Assembly: GCA_964016885.1 (NCBI GenBank)
Contig: OZ024764.1
Location: 2,356,001 to 2,420,000, forward strand
Reading direction: 5' to 3'
DNA: 64,000 nucleotides
DNA from: Eledone cirrhosa
Lineage: Eukaryota
Each line of letters starts with the position of its first letter. Positions within the stretch are counted from its first letter, which is position 1. The translations under genes and the position numbers were made by a program. Shown here one piece after another: positions 13,240-27,724 of the stretch. Below the pieces are notes generated by a model. That model was not told the DNA's origin and did no database searches. It saw only the letters and a program-made list of their open reading frames with translations.

Positions 13240-14308
13240 TCTATATATATAAAACTGTGGTTGTCTGTCTGTCTATCGATTTTTGGCACACATCTCCTCT
13301 TAGAATCTCTGACGGAATTGCACCGAAATTGCTATACTTGTACATTGAGCCCTAGCGAAGACATCGGAAAAAAAATATTTCAAATTGACCCACCCTATGT
13401 GACGAAATCGAATATAATGTATCGATTTTTGAGCGTAAGTTATCAGTTATTTCCCTTTGTTCTGTTTACATTGAGCGTCTTACGTAAAAAATTACGCTGG
13501 CTTTCTCAGCGTTTAAAATGACATTAACACAATACACGAACAGTTGTCGAGCCAGCAAAATATTGACCTGCAAAATTCATCAGTTCGAACACTAAGCTTC
13601 CGTTTTGCTTCATTTCCATTTAAAAGCATTTTAAAACAATATTTTTACTTGAAAACAAGTCTATTTAAAGACTACGTAAAACAAGCAAATATTTCGTCGT
13701 TAGACGTGCAGACAGACAGTCGTGCAGACAAACAGTCGTGCAGAGAGGTGATATACGCGTGCAGACAGACAGTCGTGCAGAGAGGTGATATAGGCGTGCA
13801 GACAGACAGTCGTGCAGAGAGGTGATATAGGCGTGCAGACAAATAGGCGTGCAGAGAGGTGATATAGGCGTGCAGACAGACAGTCGTGCAGAGAGGTGAT
13901 ATAGGCGTGCAGAGAGGTGATATAGGCGTGCAGACAGACATAACTGATAATTTGGTTACGCTAATGTTTTTCTCTGCGTTGCAGTGTTTACATTTTCGAT
14001 CTTTGTTAATAAATAACCAGTGCAGTTTTTATCCCCAGCATCCTCTTTTGTTATAACATTCGAGTTGTAGTGCACCTGAGCACTGTACACAATAATTTCA
14101 TTATTATTATTATTATTATTATTCGGGTTATCGTTATGTTTTCTTAACTTCATAAGGCATATTGTTGGTTGAGGGAATATTAATCAAAAACACCACATGC
14201 AAGTCTGCACAGTAGACACTACAGTTTTTAAGCCAAAAATGAAACTTAACATTGTAACTTTAACACAGCTACTGAGCGACCCCGAGCAACGCCGGGCTTT
14301 ACTGCTAG
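13240..14308 (+). mobile_element. Non-autonomous Helitron
   Basis: A|TCTATATATATAAAA 5' end; 3' hairpin CCCGAGCAACGCCGGG then CTAG|T; internal CGTGCAGA minisatellite at 13705-13940. Confidence 0.8.
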
Positions 14309-14362
14309 TATTAAATAAAAATGGCGTAGACATTACAATACAACGGGAGGAAACATAATAGT

Positions 14363-14404
14363 ACCACTGATGATGTCACAGATGTGTGACGAAAGAAATT
14401 TGAT
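14363..14404 (+). ncRNA. Hammerhead-like motif, family C, degenerate stems I and III
   Basis: CTGATGA-t-GTCACA-gatg-TGTGAC-GAAA. Confidence 0.5.
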
Positions 14405-15209
14405 AGACTATATATATTTATATCTGTATTTTTAACTGTTGGTCAATCAATGACAAACATTGATTACCAAATAAATTAACTATGGAGATGTAAAAGATAC
14501 AGAAGTGAGAACCAACCAAACACCGAGTGTGTTCTGTTATTTCTGGCAATATTATAACAATATGACCCTCCCCAAATATAACAATATATATATATATATT
14601 GCTTTCGCTTTGGCCCCACTCGGTCACGGATGACCATGGTTTTGCACCAAGAAAGCTCCCCTCTGAAGCACAAGCCTGGGCAAGGTTTGTTTTGTGGAAG
14701 ACCAGCAGTCACCCATACATACCAGCCTTCCCTCTCCACGCCACCGATGTTGTCCAAGGGAAAGGCAATGGCTGATACAGCTTGGCACCAGTGACATCAC
14801 AACTCTTTTCTACAGCTGAGTAAACTGGAGCAACGTGAAATAAAGTGTCTTGCTCAAGGACACAACACATCACCCGGTCTGAGAATTGAACTTACAACCT
14901 CTCAATTGCAAGCCCAATGCTCTAACCACTAAGCCACACACACACACACATGTATATATATATATATAACGAAGGAAATGTGGTAAGGAACCAGGTGGAC
15001 CATAACGCACCAAAGTACTCAATACTTAGGGTAGTAGAATATGTGTATATATGTACGTATATGTATGTGTATATATATATATATAGTCCAGAAATGGCTC
15101 GAACTCTGCCGTCGGGTTCTTGAACATCTCCCTATATATATATATATAAAGCTCTGTAACCTACATAGAGCATTCTTTTTTCCTGATGTCAATAAATACA
15201 CCAGGATTT

Positions 15210-15270
15210 TTTTATTCTGATGACTGAAAGCAAAATTTGTTTGCTTTCAAGAAACCACTGGTAAATGAAA
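15210..15270 (+). ncRNA. Type I hammerhead motif, family B
   Basis: TTTATT-CTGATGA-c-TGAAAGCAAA-atttg-TTTGCTTTCA-a-GAAA-CC-act-GG-TA-AATGAA; GUA triplet. Confidence 0.75.
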
Positions 15271-15396
15271 TAATTGCCTTATGTTGTTTATTACATAACT
15301 ATTAAGCTCTGTAACCTACATAGAGCACTCTTTTTTCCTGGACCTTTCCGACGGAATTACTTCATTTATATATAAATATATACATATATATATATA

Positions 15397-15431
<35 letters not shown>

Positions 15432-15509
15432 ACCAAACCAACTTCTTACATAAAAGTTGATCAATATTTATGGTACGTCAAAATTATTTATAAAGCTGTT
15501 TATATATTG

Positions 15510-15575
15510 TATTTTATCTGAAGAAGGCATGCCATATTTTTAATATGGTATCCCTGAAATATGTATAATGAAATA
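15510..15575 (+). ncRNA. Type I hammerhead motif, family A variant
   Basis: TATTTTAT-CTGAAGA-AGG-c-ATGCCATATT-ttt-AATATGGTAT-c-CCT-GAAA-tatgta-TA-ATGAAATA. Confidence 0.8.
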
Positions 15576-15702
15576 AATATGGTTTTATAAATATAGTTTC
15601 CATTTGTTTAATATCGTATATCTACTCCAAAACTTGTTGAGTGCTTTATATCAGTTATAAAATATTTACTTGTTGTAACCCAACAATTTTAAATAAAACT
15701 TT

Positions 15703-15742
<40 letters not shown>

Positions 15743-15919
15743 TATATGTGTGCATGTATGTATATATATATATGTGTGTGTGTATGTGTGTGTACATAGC
15801 TATATAGTCTTCAAGCAGCACATGAAGTCCCCCCACTCTCCTAAAACAGGGTGTGTTCACCTGGTGAATTTCTATATTGTGGTCCATCGAATACCATTCT
15901 GTCTTTGGCACCATACCAC

Positions 15920-16820
15920 TAATGGTGGTGGTGGTGGTGGTGGTGGTGTACTGGTGGTGGTGGTGTGGTGTGGTGGTGGTGGTGGTGGTGTACTGGTGGT
16001 GGTGGTGTGGTGTGGTGGTGGTGGAGATGGTGGTGGTGGAGATAGTGTTGTTGTTGGTTGTGGTGGTGGTGTGGTGCTGGTGGTGTGGTGCTGGTAGTGG
16101 TGGTGATGGTGGTGGTGTGGTGGTGGTGTGGTGGTGTGGTAGTGTTGGTGGTGTTGGTGGTGGTGGTGATTGTGTTTGTTATGGAGGTGGTGGTGGTGTG
16201 ATGGTGTGGTGGTGGTAGTGGTGGTGGTGGTATGGTGACGGTAGTGGTTGTGTGGTGTAATGGTGGTGGTGATTGTGTGGTTGGTTGTGGTGGTGGTGGT
16301 GGTGGTGTGGTGGTGATGTGGTGGTGGTGGTGGTAGTGTTGGTGGTGGTGGTGGTGGTGATAGTATTGTTGTTAGTGGTGGTGGTGGTGGTGGTGGTGGT
16401 GGTGGTGGTGGTGGTGGTGATAGTATTGTTGTTAGTGGTGGTGGTGGTGTGGTGGTGGTGGTGATAGTGATAGTGTTGTTGTTGGTGGTGGTGGTGATAG
16501 TGTTGTTGGTGGTGGAGGTGATGGTGGTGGTGAGTGTTGTTGATAGTGGTTGTGGTGTGATGATGGTGGTGGTGGTGATAGTGTTGCGGTGGCAGTGGTG
16601 GTGGTGTGGTGGTGATAGTGTTGTTGGTGGTGGAGGTGATGGTGGTGGTGAGTGTTGTTGATAGTGGTTGTGGTGTGATGGTGGTGGTTGTGGTGTGATG
16701 GTGGTGGTGGTGGTGATGGTGGTGGTGGTGGTGTGGTGGTGATAGTGTTGGTGGTGGTGGTGGTGTGGTGGTGATAGTGTTGGTGGTGGTGGTGGATGTA
16801 GTGATAGTGTTGGTGATGAT
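15920..16820. repeat. Degenerate (GGT)n low-complexity tract; similar tracts at 18490-19060, 36470-37010, 45070-45970
   Basis: GGT/GTG triplet runs. Confidence 0.95.
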
Positions 16821-17009
16821 TGCAGTGTATGCCAGGATAAGAGCTGTTTGAGCAGGGCTGACAAGGAGTATAGCAACCAGGCAGATAGATAGTGATAGAT
16901 ATATATACTGACAGACAGACTGTAATTACTCCAGTGAATTACTGGTACTTTATTTTATTGACCCTGTAAAGATGAAAAGTAAAGTTAACCTCGGCAGGAT
17001 TTGAACTCG

Positions 17010-17925
17010 ATAGATAGATAGACAGATAGATAGATATATAGATAGATAGATATGTTTCTTTATTAGCGACAGGGGCACAAAAGAAGGGGACAAATACAAA
17101 GGGGGAAGTTTACATACAATAAAAACGTGTAAAATATTATCACAAATGCAATTTAAAAATTAATCGATTTTCCCCAATAGGGGGAGATAGTTCATATGGG
17201 TAACACATACCCCCGAAAAAATGTGCAACCCTCATCTCCAGGAGTACGAAGAGTGAGTACCCCTTTGCTCTCGATAGATAGATATATAGACAGATATATT
17301 TCTTTATTTGCCACAAGGGCGCACAAGAAAAGGGGACAATACAAAGACACATGCCGGGGGTTTTACATACAGTCGTGTAAAAATATGAAACAAACAATTA
17401 CAATTGAAATCCCCAATAGGGGGGAGGTGCCACAAATGGGTTGTTCAATACCCCGTAGATAGAACAACCCTCAACTCCAAGAGCGTGTTGTGCAAGTGCT
17501 CCTTTCTTCCTTTTGCTCTCTTCTTCAACCTACAGGTTTATATACAGAGAAGGCCCAATTACACGGGCCATTTTCGCCACATCCACCCACCTTTCAGTAA
17601 ATTTACTGGGGTGCAGTGCCTCTCTCTCCACCCTGATTCTCCTTCTAAAGTGGTACCTAAAGAAGGGCATGAGTTGTTGTCTGGAGAGAAAGGCATCTGT
17701 CCCCAGTCCTCTCAATCGCGTCCACCATATAAGCTCTTTCACCATAGCCACTGTACAGAGGAAAACCACCTCTCTTTCGTTTTTGAAAGAAGTTGGCAGT
17801 TTGATCCTTACTATGGACTCGGCAGTCAACTGGATTTGTCCCATACGCGACAGCAGTTGTTCTGCGTAGTTCCACAGGTCGCTTACGCCCAAGAAGTGTA
17901 CAATTGCGTGCAAGATGGTTTCAAT
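17010..17925 (-). mobile_element. Two stacked 3' ends of an L1/Tx1-like LINE within a (GATA/GACA)n tract
   Basis: ORF 17530..17913 (HAIVHFLGVSDLWNYAEQLL...AMVKELIWWTR...FTERW); each copy ends AATAAAGAAA-(TATC)n on minus. Confidence 0.7.
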
Positions 17926-17940
17926 GACAGACAGACAGAT

Positions 17941-18001
<61 letters not shown>

Positions 18002-18343
18002 GGCAGGCAGGCAGTGGGGTTGGGTAAACATTGGGGAAGCTAGAAGCTAATTTGCGTAAAAGTTTACACAGGAATTCCCAGAAGGTTTGTTGGTAGTGAG
18101 GGGGGGAGATGTGCTGGGGGGGGGGTGAAGGGTCTGGGGAGACCGGAGGGGGGAGGGGAGAGAGATAGGAAGAGTGGTGGGGAAAAGTTACGGGGGGGGG
18201 GGGTGTATGTTAAGAGGGAATAGATAGGGAATAGGAGGGGGTGGGGAGGTCTGTTTTCTACTTGGAAACTGAAGGAGGTCTCTGGAATTGGTAAATATTT
18301 GGGATTACATTAACCACACATAGATATATATATATATATATAG

Positions 18344-18374
<31 letters not shown>

Positions 18375-18375
18375 G

Positions 18376-18406
<31 letters not shown>

Positions 18407-18435
18407 GACACACACACACATATATATATATATAG

Positions 18436-18468
<33 letters not shown>

Positions 18469-19244
18469 GACACACACACACACATATATATGCACACACA
18501 CACACACACGTATATACACAGATACAGGCATACACAGAATTACACACACACATACACATACCTTCACACACACACACACACCCTCAAACACACACACACA
18601 CACCTCCAAACACACACACACACCTCCAAACACACACACACCTCCAAACACACACCACACACCTCCACACCTCCAAACACACACACACCTCCACACACAC
18701 ACACACACCTCCACATACATACCTCAATACACACACACAGAGCTACACATACCTCCACACACACCCAAACCCCTCCAAACACACCACACACACCACACCA
18801 CATCACACACACCACACCACATCACACACACCACACACACACCACACCACACCATCACACACACCACACCACACCACACACACCACCCCACACCACATCA
18901 CACACACCACACCACACCACATCACACACACCACACCACACCACATCACACACACCACACATCACACACACCACACCACACCACACACACATCACCCCCC
19001 CCACCACCATCACACCACACTACACCACACGACACCACACACTACACCCCCACCCCCACCCGTTGATCCAGTATAAAAGGTCAAAGTATTATACCCAGCA
19101 AATACTCCCAAAGGTCAAACAATGAAATGTTTGAGACAGGGGAGAGTCCTAGGTTTGGTTGCTACAGGTTCAATACCTTCTCCTGTCACCAAGCTAGTGC
19201 CATCATCATCATCACCATCACAACCACCATCATCATCATCATCA

Positions 19245-19975
19245 CATATAGGGCGGGAGATTGGATCACATATAGGGTGGGGGGAGGGGGTTGGATCACA
19301 TATAGGGTGGGGGGGATTGGATCAGATATAGGGTGGGGGATTGGATCACATATAGGGTGGGGGGAGGGGGTTGGATCACATATAGGGTGGGGGGGATTGG
19401 ATCACATATAGGGTGGGGGGAGGGGGTTGGATCACATATAGGGTGGGGGGAGGGGGTTGGATCACATATAGGGTGGGGGGGGATTGGATCAGATATAGGG
19501 TGGGGGGGTTGGATCAGATATAGGGTGGGGGGAGGGGGTTGGATCACATATAGGGTGGGGGGGGATTGGATCACATATAGGGTGGGGGGGATTGGATCAC
19601 ATATAGGGTGGGGGGATTGGATCACATATAGGGTGGGGGAGGGGGTTGGATCAGATATAGGGTGGGGGGATTGGATCAGATATAGGGTGGGGGATTGGAT
19701 CACATATAGGGTGGGGGGATTGGATCACATATAGGGTGGGGGGATTGGATCACATATAGGGTGGGGGGGATCACATTAAGGGTGGGGGGTTGGATCACAT
19801 TAAGGGTAGGGGGATTGGATCACATTAAGGGCAGGGGGATTGGATCACATTAAGGGCAGGGGGATTGGATCACATAAGGGCAGGGGATTGGATCATATAT
19901 AGGGCAGGGGATTGGATCACATATAGGGTGGGGGATTGGATTACATATAGGGTAGAGGGATTGGATCACATATAG
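19245..19975. repeat. G-rich minisatellite with 25-31-bp units
   Basis: TTGGATCACATATAGGGTGGGGG(GAGGGGG) repeated about 27 times. Confidence 0.95.
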
Positions 19976-20254
19976 GATTATCGACAGCTAGAAATAGCAG
20001 CCGAGTCCATTCAGCTCGGATCTACTCAATGGAATCTTTTGAGCTTATTCTACAGTGGATATGGCGCTTATCTCTCAGACATGACAACCCTTAATTTAAT
20101 TTTGGATATATATCATCATCATTCGTCGACTACTGTCGAGATGATGGATCTCACTCTCATGCCCCAGAATTCCCTGTCCCCCATCGCCACCCCCAGGTCC
20201 TGTCTACTGATTCCCGTATCCCTAGAGATAACGTATCCCTAGAGATATATACAT

Positions 20255-20860
20255 ACATGTTGGCTGCAAATTCGTGTTCAAGCATTGCCATCGCCTGATA
20301 AAATGCTAAAAAATGTGAAGCACGAATGTGGCTCTTTAAACCAGCCAAAGACTTGCACCCTCTGGCACATACACGGCAACTGTAGGCTCTTCCGGGACTT
20401 TCTATTGCTTTGTTCTGGCTGTGTGTTCTCATGTGTCTTTTAAAACCTCCCATGTTAGCACACTCCTTGCCACATTCCTTACACCTTTTCAGATCATAAT
20501 CTACCTGAGGTCTACTGATATGACTTTGTTCGTGTCTAATCAAACCAGCTTTACTCAGGCAGATTTGACCACAGTGCTGGCAAACCAGCTTTACTCAGGC
20601 AGATTTGACCACAGTGCTGGCAAACCAGCTTTACTCAGGCAGATTTGACCACAGTGCTGGCAAACCAGCTTTACTCAGGCAGATTTGACCACAGTGCTGG
20701 CAAACCAGATGATGTTCAACAGCAGGCAGTTCAGAACAGTCTCTCTTCCTTACCTTCCTTTTCAGTGTTAGGTGTTCTCTCCTGACTTGATCAAACGTCT
20801 CCACTTCACTCACTCCTCAGCCATTTTCTCCCATTCATCAGCTGAAAGTCCAGCGCAAGA
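20255..20860 (-). mobile_element. LINE (RTE-like) 3' end with C2H2 zinc fingers and a 40-bp internal tandem repeat (20541-20708)
   Basis: CKECGKECANMGGFKRHMRTH and CRVCARGCKSLAGLKSHIRASH; CAAACCAG recurs every 40 bp. Confidence 0.65.
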
Positions 20861-21301
20861 TGGCGAAGGACCGTGACAAGTGGAGAGATGCTGTGCTGAA
20901 TAGGACCCGTCCCACCCTTGCAAGCAGGGAAAAGCGGACGTAAAATGATGATGATATATCATCATCATCATTATCATTTTACGTCCACTTTTCCCTGCTT
21001 GCAAGGGTGGGACGGGAACCGATTCTGGCTTGATTTCTACAGCTGGATGCCCTTCCTAACACCAACCTCATTTACAGTGAGTGCTGGGTGCTTTTTTGAC
21101 GTGGCACCTCCACGACCACTTTGCAGTGGAATGATAGGGACCCCAGTCCCTATCATCTCATTTCTACAGCTGAGTAAACTGGAGCAATGTGAAATAAAGT
21201 GACTTGCTCAAGGAAACAACACATCACCCGGTCTGAGAATTGAACTCACAACCTTTTGATTGCAAGCCTAATGCTCTAACCACTATATATATGTATATAT
21301 G

Positions 21302-21346
<45 letters not shown>

Positions 21347-21768
21347 ATAATAATAAAATTGAAGACTAAAATCCAAAGAGGGCTCGATAAGGAAAATATA
21401 TATCAAATATATAAATCTTATTTTAATAAATATATATATATATATATCATCATCATAATCATCACCGTTTAACGTCCGTGTTCCACGCTTGCATGGGTTT
21501 GGACGGGGGTAGTCCCACTTGAGGCAAGAGTGATTGTCTTGCTCGCATAGGACTGTCTGGCAGGTTTTCTACAGTTGGATGCCCTTCCTAACACCAACCA
21601 CATTTACAGTGTGGGGCTGGGGGGTTTTTACCGTGTTGCCTACACGGCCACATTACAGCGTGGACTGTGTGTTTTTTTGTCGTGACACCTACACGATCTC
21701 ATTTGTTTCGGCCTGGATGGTGTGGTACCAACACAACTTTACATAGAACGGGGTGGCGGGGATGGGTG

Positions 21769-21799
<31 letters not shown>

Positions 21800-21958
21800 G
21801 GGGGTATTTTGTTAGATGCCTACTGGCTGTAGTAGGTTTTACTATGTATTTAGGTAAGGCGGGTCTTCTCTGTTACTGAGTACCGCCAAAGGTCTCGGTC
21901 CAGTGACATTGTCTAGGAGAGGTGTAAGTGTGTGAGGTCGGAGTTTATCAGCTCGTCC

Positions 21959-22071
<113 letters not shown>

Positions 22072-22314
22072 ATCTGTGTACGCATGCATACTTACATTTT
22101 TGTATCAGTTGTGCTAGGGCGAGAAAGAAAATTCTAATTTTATTTTAATCTATGTACATACAAACACACTTTATATACATATATATATATATATAGTAAT
22201 AATAATAAATTTGAAGACTAAAATCCAAGGGTAAAAGCAGCGATTCTTTGCTTAAACTTTAATCTGTTATTTTAATAACAGAAAGTGTATATATGTATAG
22301 AAAGTGTATATATG

Positions 22315-22366
<52 letters not shown>

Positions 22367-22622
22367 TACACTTTCTGCGTGTTGAGTTTAAATTCCCGCT
22401 GAGGTAGAAACTTTGCTCTTTTATCTTTCCAGGCATTCTATAAGATGAAGTACCAGGAATGTACTGGAGTCGATAGGTCTATATAATCAACTTCTGCCCT
22501 CCCTCATCCCTGACCCAATTACTGGGTTTTTGTCAATTCTGGCTACCACTTATTGCTAACTAGGTCACCTATATATATGTGTGTGTATATATATATATAT
22601 ATATAGAAAGTATGTGTGTATG

Positions 22623-22654
<32 letters not shown>

Positions 22655-22967
22655 GTATGTGTATATATATATATATAAAAAGTATGTATATATATATATA
22701 TATATATAAATAAAGTATGTGTATATATATAAAAAGTATGTATATATATATATATATATATATAAAGTATGTGTATATATATATATATATATATAAAAAG
22801 TATGTTTGTATGTATATGTATAAAAATAAAAAGTATGTGTGTATGTATATATATATATAAATAAATAAAGTATGTGTATATATATATATAAAAAGTATGT
22901 GTGTATGTATATATATATATATAAATAAATAAAGTATGTGTATATATATATATAAAAAGTATGTGTG

Positions 22968-23011
<44 letters not shown>

Positions 23012-23082
23012 GTATGTATATATATATATATAAAAAGTATGTGTGTATGTATAAGTATAAAAATAAAAAGTATGTGTGTATG

Positions 23083-23126
<44 letters not shown>

Positions 23127-23819
23127 GTGTGTGTGTATGTATGTATATATATATATATATATATATAGTGTGTGTGTGTGTATATATACTCACACAGATA
23201 TATATATATATATGGAGAGATGCTGTGCTGAAAAGGACTCGTCCCACCCTTTGCAAGCAGGGAAAAGCAGACGTAAATTGGTGGTGATATACATGTGCAT
23301 TTATAAATCTACATGAATGAATGTATGTATATTTATATTTATATATATATATATATATATATTTGTGTGTGTGTATATATGTGTGTGTATATGTATGTGT
23401 GTGTATATGTATATATGTATATATATATATATATATATGGGACGGGGGTGTATTTTTTTTTGTAGGCACCTCTAACAAAATACACCCCCGTCCCACTATC
23501 CCCACCCCATTCACACCACCCCTTCCAATGTAAAGTTATGTTGGTACCACAACATCCAGGCCGAAACAAATGAGGTCGTGTAGGTGTCACGACAAAAAAA
23601 ACACACAGTCCACGCTGTAATGTGGCCGTGTAGGCAACACGGTAAAAACCTCCCAGCCCCACACTGTAAATGTGGTTGGTGTTAGGAAGGGCATCCAGCC
23701 GTAGAAAACCCGCCAGACAGTCCTATACGAGCAAGACAACCACTCTTGCCTCAAGTGGGAAAACTCCCGTCCAAACCCATTCAAGAGTGGAACATGGACG
23801 TTAAACGATGATGATGATG

Positions 23820-23883
<64 letters not shown>

Positions 23884-23888
<5 letters not shown>

Positions 23889-24186
23889 ATATTAATAAAT
23901 GGAAACTATATTTATAAAACCATATTTATTTCATTATACATATTTCAAGGACGCCAAAGCAAATTATGGTGCACTTTCATCAGATAAAATATAATATAGG
24001 TTAGTTTTATAAACAAATATTGACATACCCTTAAAGAAATATTTGTCAATATTTGTTTATAAAACTGATCTATATTATATTTTATATGATGAAAGCGCAC
24101 CATAATTTGCTTTGGTGTCCTTGAAATATGTATAATGAAATAAATATGGTTTTATAAATATAGTTTCCATTTATTAATATATTGTA
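23884..24186. mobile_element. Inverted repeat with paired family A hammerheads at 23927-23991(-) and 24078-24142(+, core C changed to A)
   Basis: Arms of about 140 bp with a spacer of about 18 bp; minus copy has intact CTGATGA/GAAA. Confidence 0.72.
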
Positions 24187-24271
24187 TTTTTACTCAAAAA
24201 ATTTGTTGAGTGCTTTATATCAGTTATAAAAATATTTGCTTGTTGTATCCCAACAATTTAAATAGAACTTT

Positions 24272-24318
<47 letters not shown>

Positions 24319-24876
24319 ATATGTATATATCATCATAATCATCTTCGTTTAACGTAGATGATGATATATACATACACACACATATATATATATACATATA
24401 TACATATACACACATCCATACACACACACAAATATATATATATGTGTGTGTGTGTATGTATGTGTGTATATCTATATATATATGTGTGTGTATATATGTA
24501 TATATATATATATATATGTGTGTATATATGTGTGTGTATATATATATGTGTGTATGCATGTGTAGGCACATATATATGTGTGCGTGTGTGTATATATATA
24601 TGTGTGTGTATGCATGTGTAGGCATATATGTGTATGTATGTGTGTGTGTATATGTGTGTGTGTATATATATTTGTGTATGTATGTGTGTATATATATATA
24701 TATATATGTGTGTATCTATATATATATATATGTGTGTATCTATGTATATATATATATATATATATGTGTATCTATGTATATATATATATATATGTGTGTA
24801 TCTATGTATCTATATATATATATATATATATATGTGTGTATCTATATATATATATATATATATGTATGTATCTATG

Positions 24877-24911
<35 letters not shown>

Positions 24912-25080
24912 ATATATATATATGTGTATCTATGTATATATATATATGTATCTATGTATATATATATATATATATGTGTATCTATGTATATATATATATA
25001 TATATGTGTATCTATGTATATATGTATATATATATATATGTGTATCTATGTATATATATATATATATATGTATCTATGTA

Positions 25081-25149
<69 letters not shown>

Positions 25150-25150
25150 G

Positions 25151-25276
<126 letters not shown>

Positions 25277-25889
25277 TATGTGTGTGTGTATATATACATA
25301 GATATGTGCGTGTGAGAAACAGAATGCGGGTATCATGTTCTGTTAATCCGTTCATCATTGAAATAAACCTTATCAATCTGTTGGAGCCTTAACCTTTGAC
25401 CTACACAAACTATTTCCTGTTCCGGTGAGTTACTTCCTCCTGCTAGATCTAAATATAGATACACCTAGGTAATGACTTCCTAGAACATCTAATTTACCAG
25501 TCTCCCCCACCGCCGCCAACGAACAACACCGCTAGTGGTCATACGCCATACTATGCTAAAACTAGCAGCCAAAACTCAATCATAATGAGCTAACAAGGGA
25601 GACCTCCCCCCCCCAGCCAGCCCATCTAGAATAGTGGTACTCATCTCTTCTTCGCCCACTTGTCCCTGTGAGGGTCAGCAGAGCCCTCAATCACTCCTGT
25701 CAGCAGCAACCATCTCCAATTGATCCGGCTAGATCTTCAAGCATGACCAGTCAAGCTCATGGTAAAAGCGTGCAAAGTTAAGACATGGGAGGACTTTGGG
25801 GTTAATCTGGAATCCAACTTCAGATCAACAAATAGAGTGTTCTGGCACCCATCCGCTGACTTTGTAACAACAAGCCCTCCTCCATACCT

Positions 25890-26450
25890 GCTAATAACCC
25901 AACATAGGGCCTCATTTGTCCTAATAACCCAACACAAGGCCTCATTTGTCCTAATAACCTAACACAAGGCCTCATTTGTCCTAATAACCCAACACAAGGC
26001 CTCATTTGTCCTAATAACCCAGCACAGGGCCTTATTTGTCCTAATAACCCAACACAGGGCTTCATTTGTCCTAATAACCAGACACAGGGCTTCATTTGTC
26101 CTAATAACCTGACACAGGGCCTCATTTGTCCTAATAACCAGACAGGGCCTCATTTGTCCTAATAACCCAACGCAGGGCCTCATTTGTCCTAATAACCAGA
26201 GACAGGGCCTCATTTGTCCTAATAACCCAACACAGGGCCTCATTTGTCCTAATAACCCGACACAGGGCCTCATTTGTCCTAATAACCCGACACAGGGCTT
26301 CATTTGTCCTAATAACCTGACACAGGGCCTCATTTGTCCTAATAACCAGAGACAGGGCCTCATTTGTCCTAATAACAGGACCTCATTTGTCCTAATAACA
26401 GGGCCTCATTTGTCCTAATAACAGGGCCTCATTTGTCCTAATAACTCAGC
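25890..26450. repeat. 30-bp minisatellite, about 19 copies, with shortened units at the right end
   Basis: CTCATTTGTCCTAATAACCCAACACAGGGC. Confidence 0.95.
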
Positions 26451-26744
26451 ACTGGCTGCTTTACAATTCCTGATCCTGCAATCCCAGGCGCCATCCCTAT
26501 CATCAACCAACAACACTGCTAGTGGTCATATGCCATGCTATGCTATGCTAAAAACAGTAGCCAACACTCAATCATAAGAAGCTAACAAGAAGACCCCATA
26601 GATTAGGGGTTCTCACAGCCCTAAATCACATTGCTCCCCTTACCATTTACAATCCCAGATTTCCTCGATTCCTTCCCCACTTTGCCATTTAACAAGTTTC
26701 TTCTCACATCTTGGGTGCAGTGGTTAGGGTCAGAGCTACAGCTT

Positions 26745-26970
26745 CCGCAGCCAAATGAACAAAATCCTGAAATACCGTGTTCTGTTGGCTAAGCACATTT
26801 TCCAGCCTGTGGCATTCGAGACGTTTGGGGGAGTCAGGCTACTGACTGCGAGGTTCTTACATTCGATGGTGGCTCACCTAACAGAGGTAAATGGTGATGC
26901 TCATCAGGGCGCTTGACTGTTCCAGCACCTTAGCTTCGCCATCACCCTAGGTAACGCTGAGTGTGTTGGC
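26745..26970 (+). mobile_element. CRE-clade-like non-LTR retrotransposon, C-terminal restriction-like endonuclease fragment
   Basis: KILKY...FQPVAFETFGG...GA*LFQHLSFAITLGNA resembles the F.P.A.ET.G...QRLS.A..RGNA motif; one internal stop. Confidence 0.6.
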
Positions 26971-27724
26971 TTGCCTCAAAAATTTATCCAATATAACTAA
27001 AATATACACTTAAATGATTTCTTTTAAAAGTTTACCAACATACCCCGCCATCACCATCACCACTACTGGTCACACGACATGCTAGAAATAACAGCCAACA
27101 CTACACCTTCCTTTATTTACTATATCAACCAAACGTGAGAGAAATACTTCTAAACTCCTGGTTATTCAAGACCCAAGTCATATCCCTACCATTTGCAATC
27201 CTAGCTTTCCTCTAAATTCAAAATGTCATCATGTATTTTTTTCAAACCAAACACCAGACTAACGTGTGTTAGCATTTCAAAAACCCTATAATTTTATAGT
27301 CCAGGGATTCTCAGAGACCCAGACCACGTTACAATACCAGGTTTTCTCAGATATTTCTCTTAAAATTGTCACCCAAGTTTTCCACCCGACACCATACGGT
27401 GCTAGGGTGGGAAAAAAGCTTACACAACAGGTGTTAGCTTTTCAAACCTCAATAATTTTATAGTGCAGGAGTTCTCAGAGACCCAGATCTCATCTGACCC
27501 CTTTACAATCCCAGATTTCCCCAATTACTCCCATATATCTAAATAAATATACACATAAGCAACGATCTCTTTTAAAATCTTACCAACATACCCCGCCATC
27601 ACCACTACTGGTCATACAACACGCTAGAAATAACAGCCAACACCTTCCTTTATTTACTATATCAACCAAACGTGAGGGGGAGACTTCTAAATACCAGGTT
27701 CTTTGAGACCCAGGTCATAATCCC

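Noticed and set aside
20157-20543. C2H2 zinc-finger host gene
   Set aside because: It is frameshifted by a 40-bp tandem repeat, follows LINE-like sequence and has no exon structure; better explained as a LINE C-terminus.
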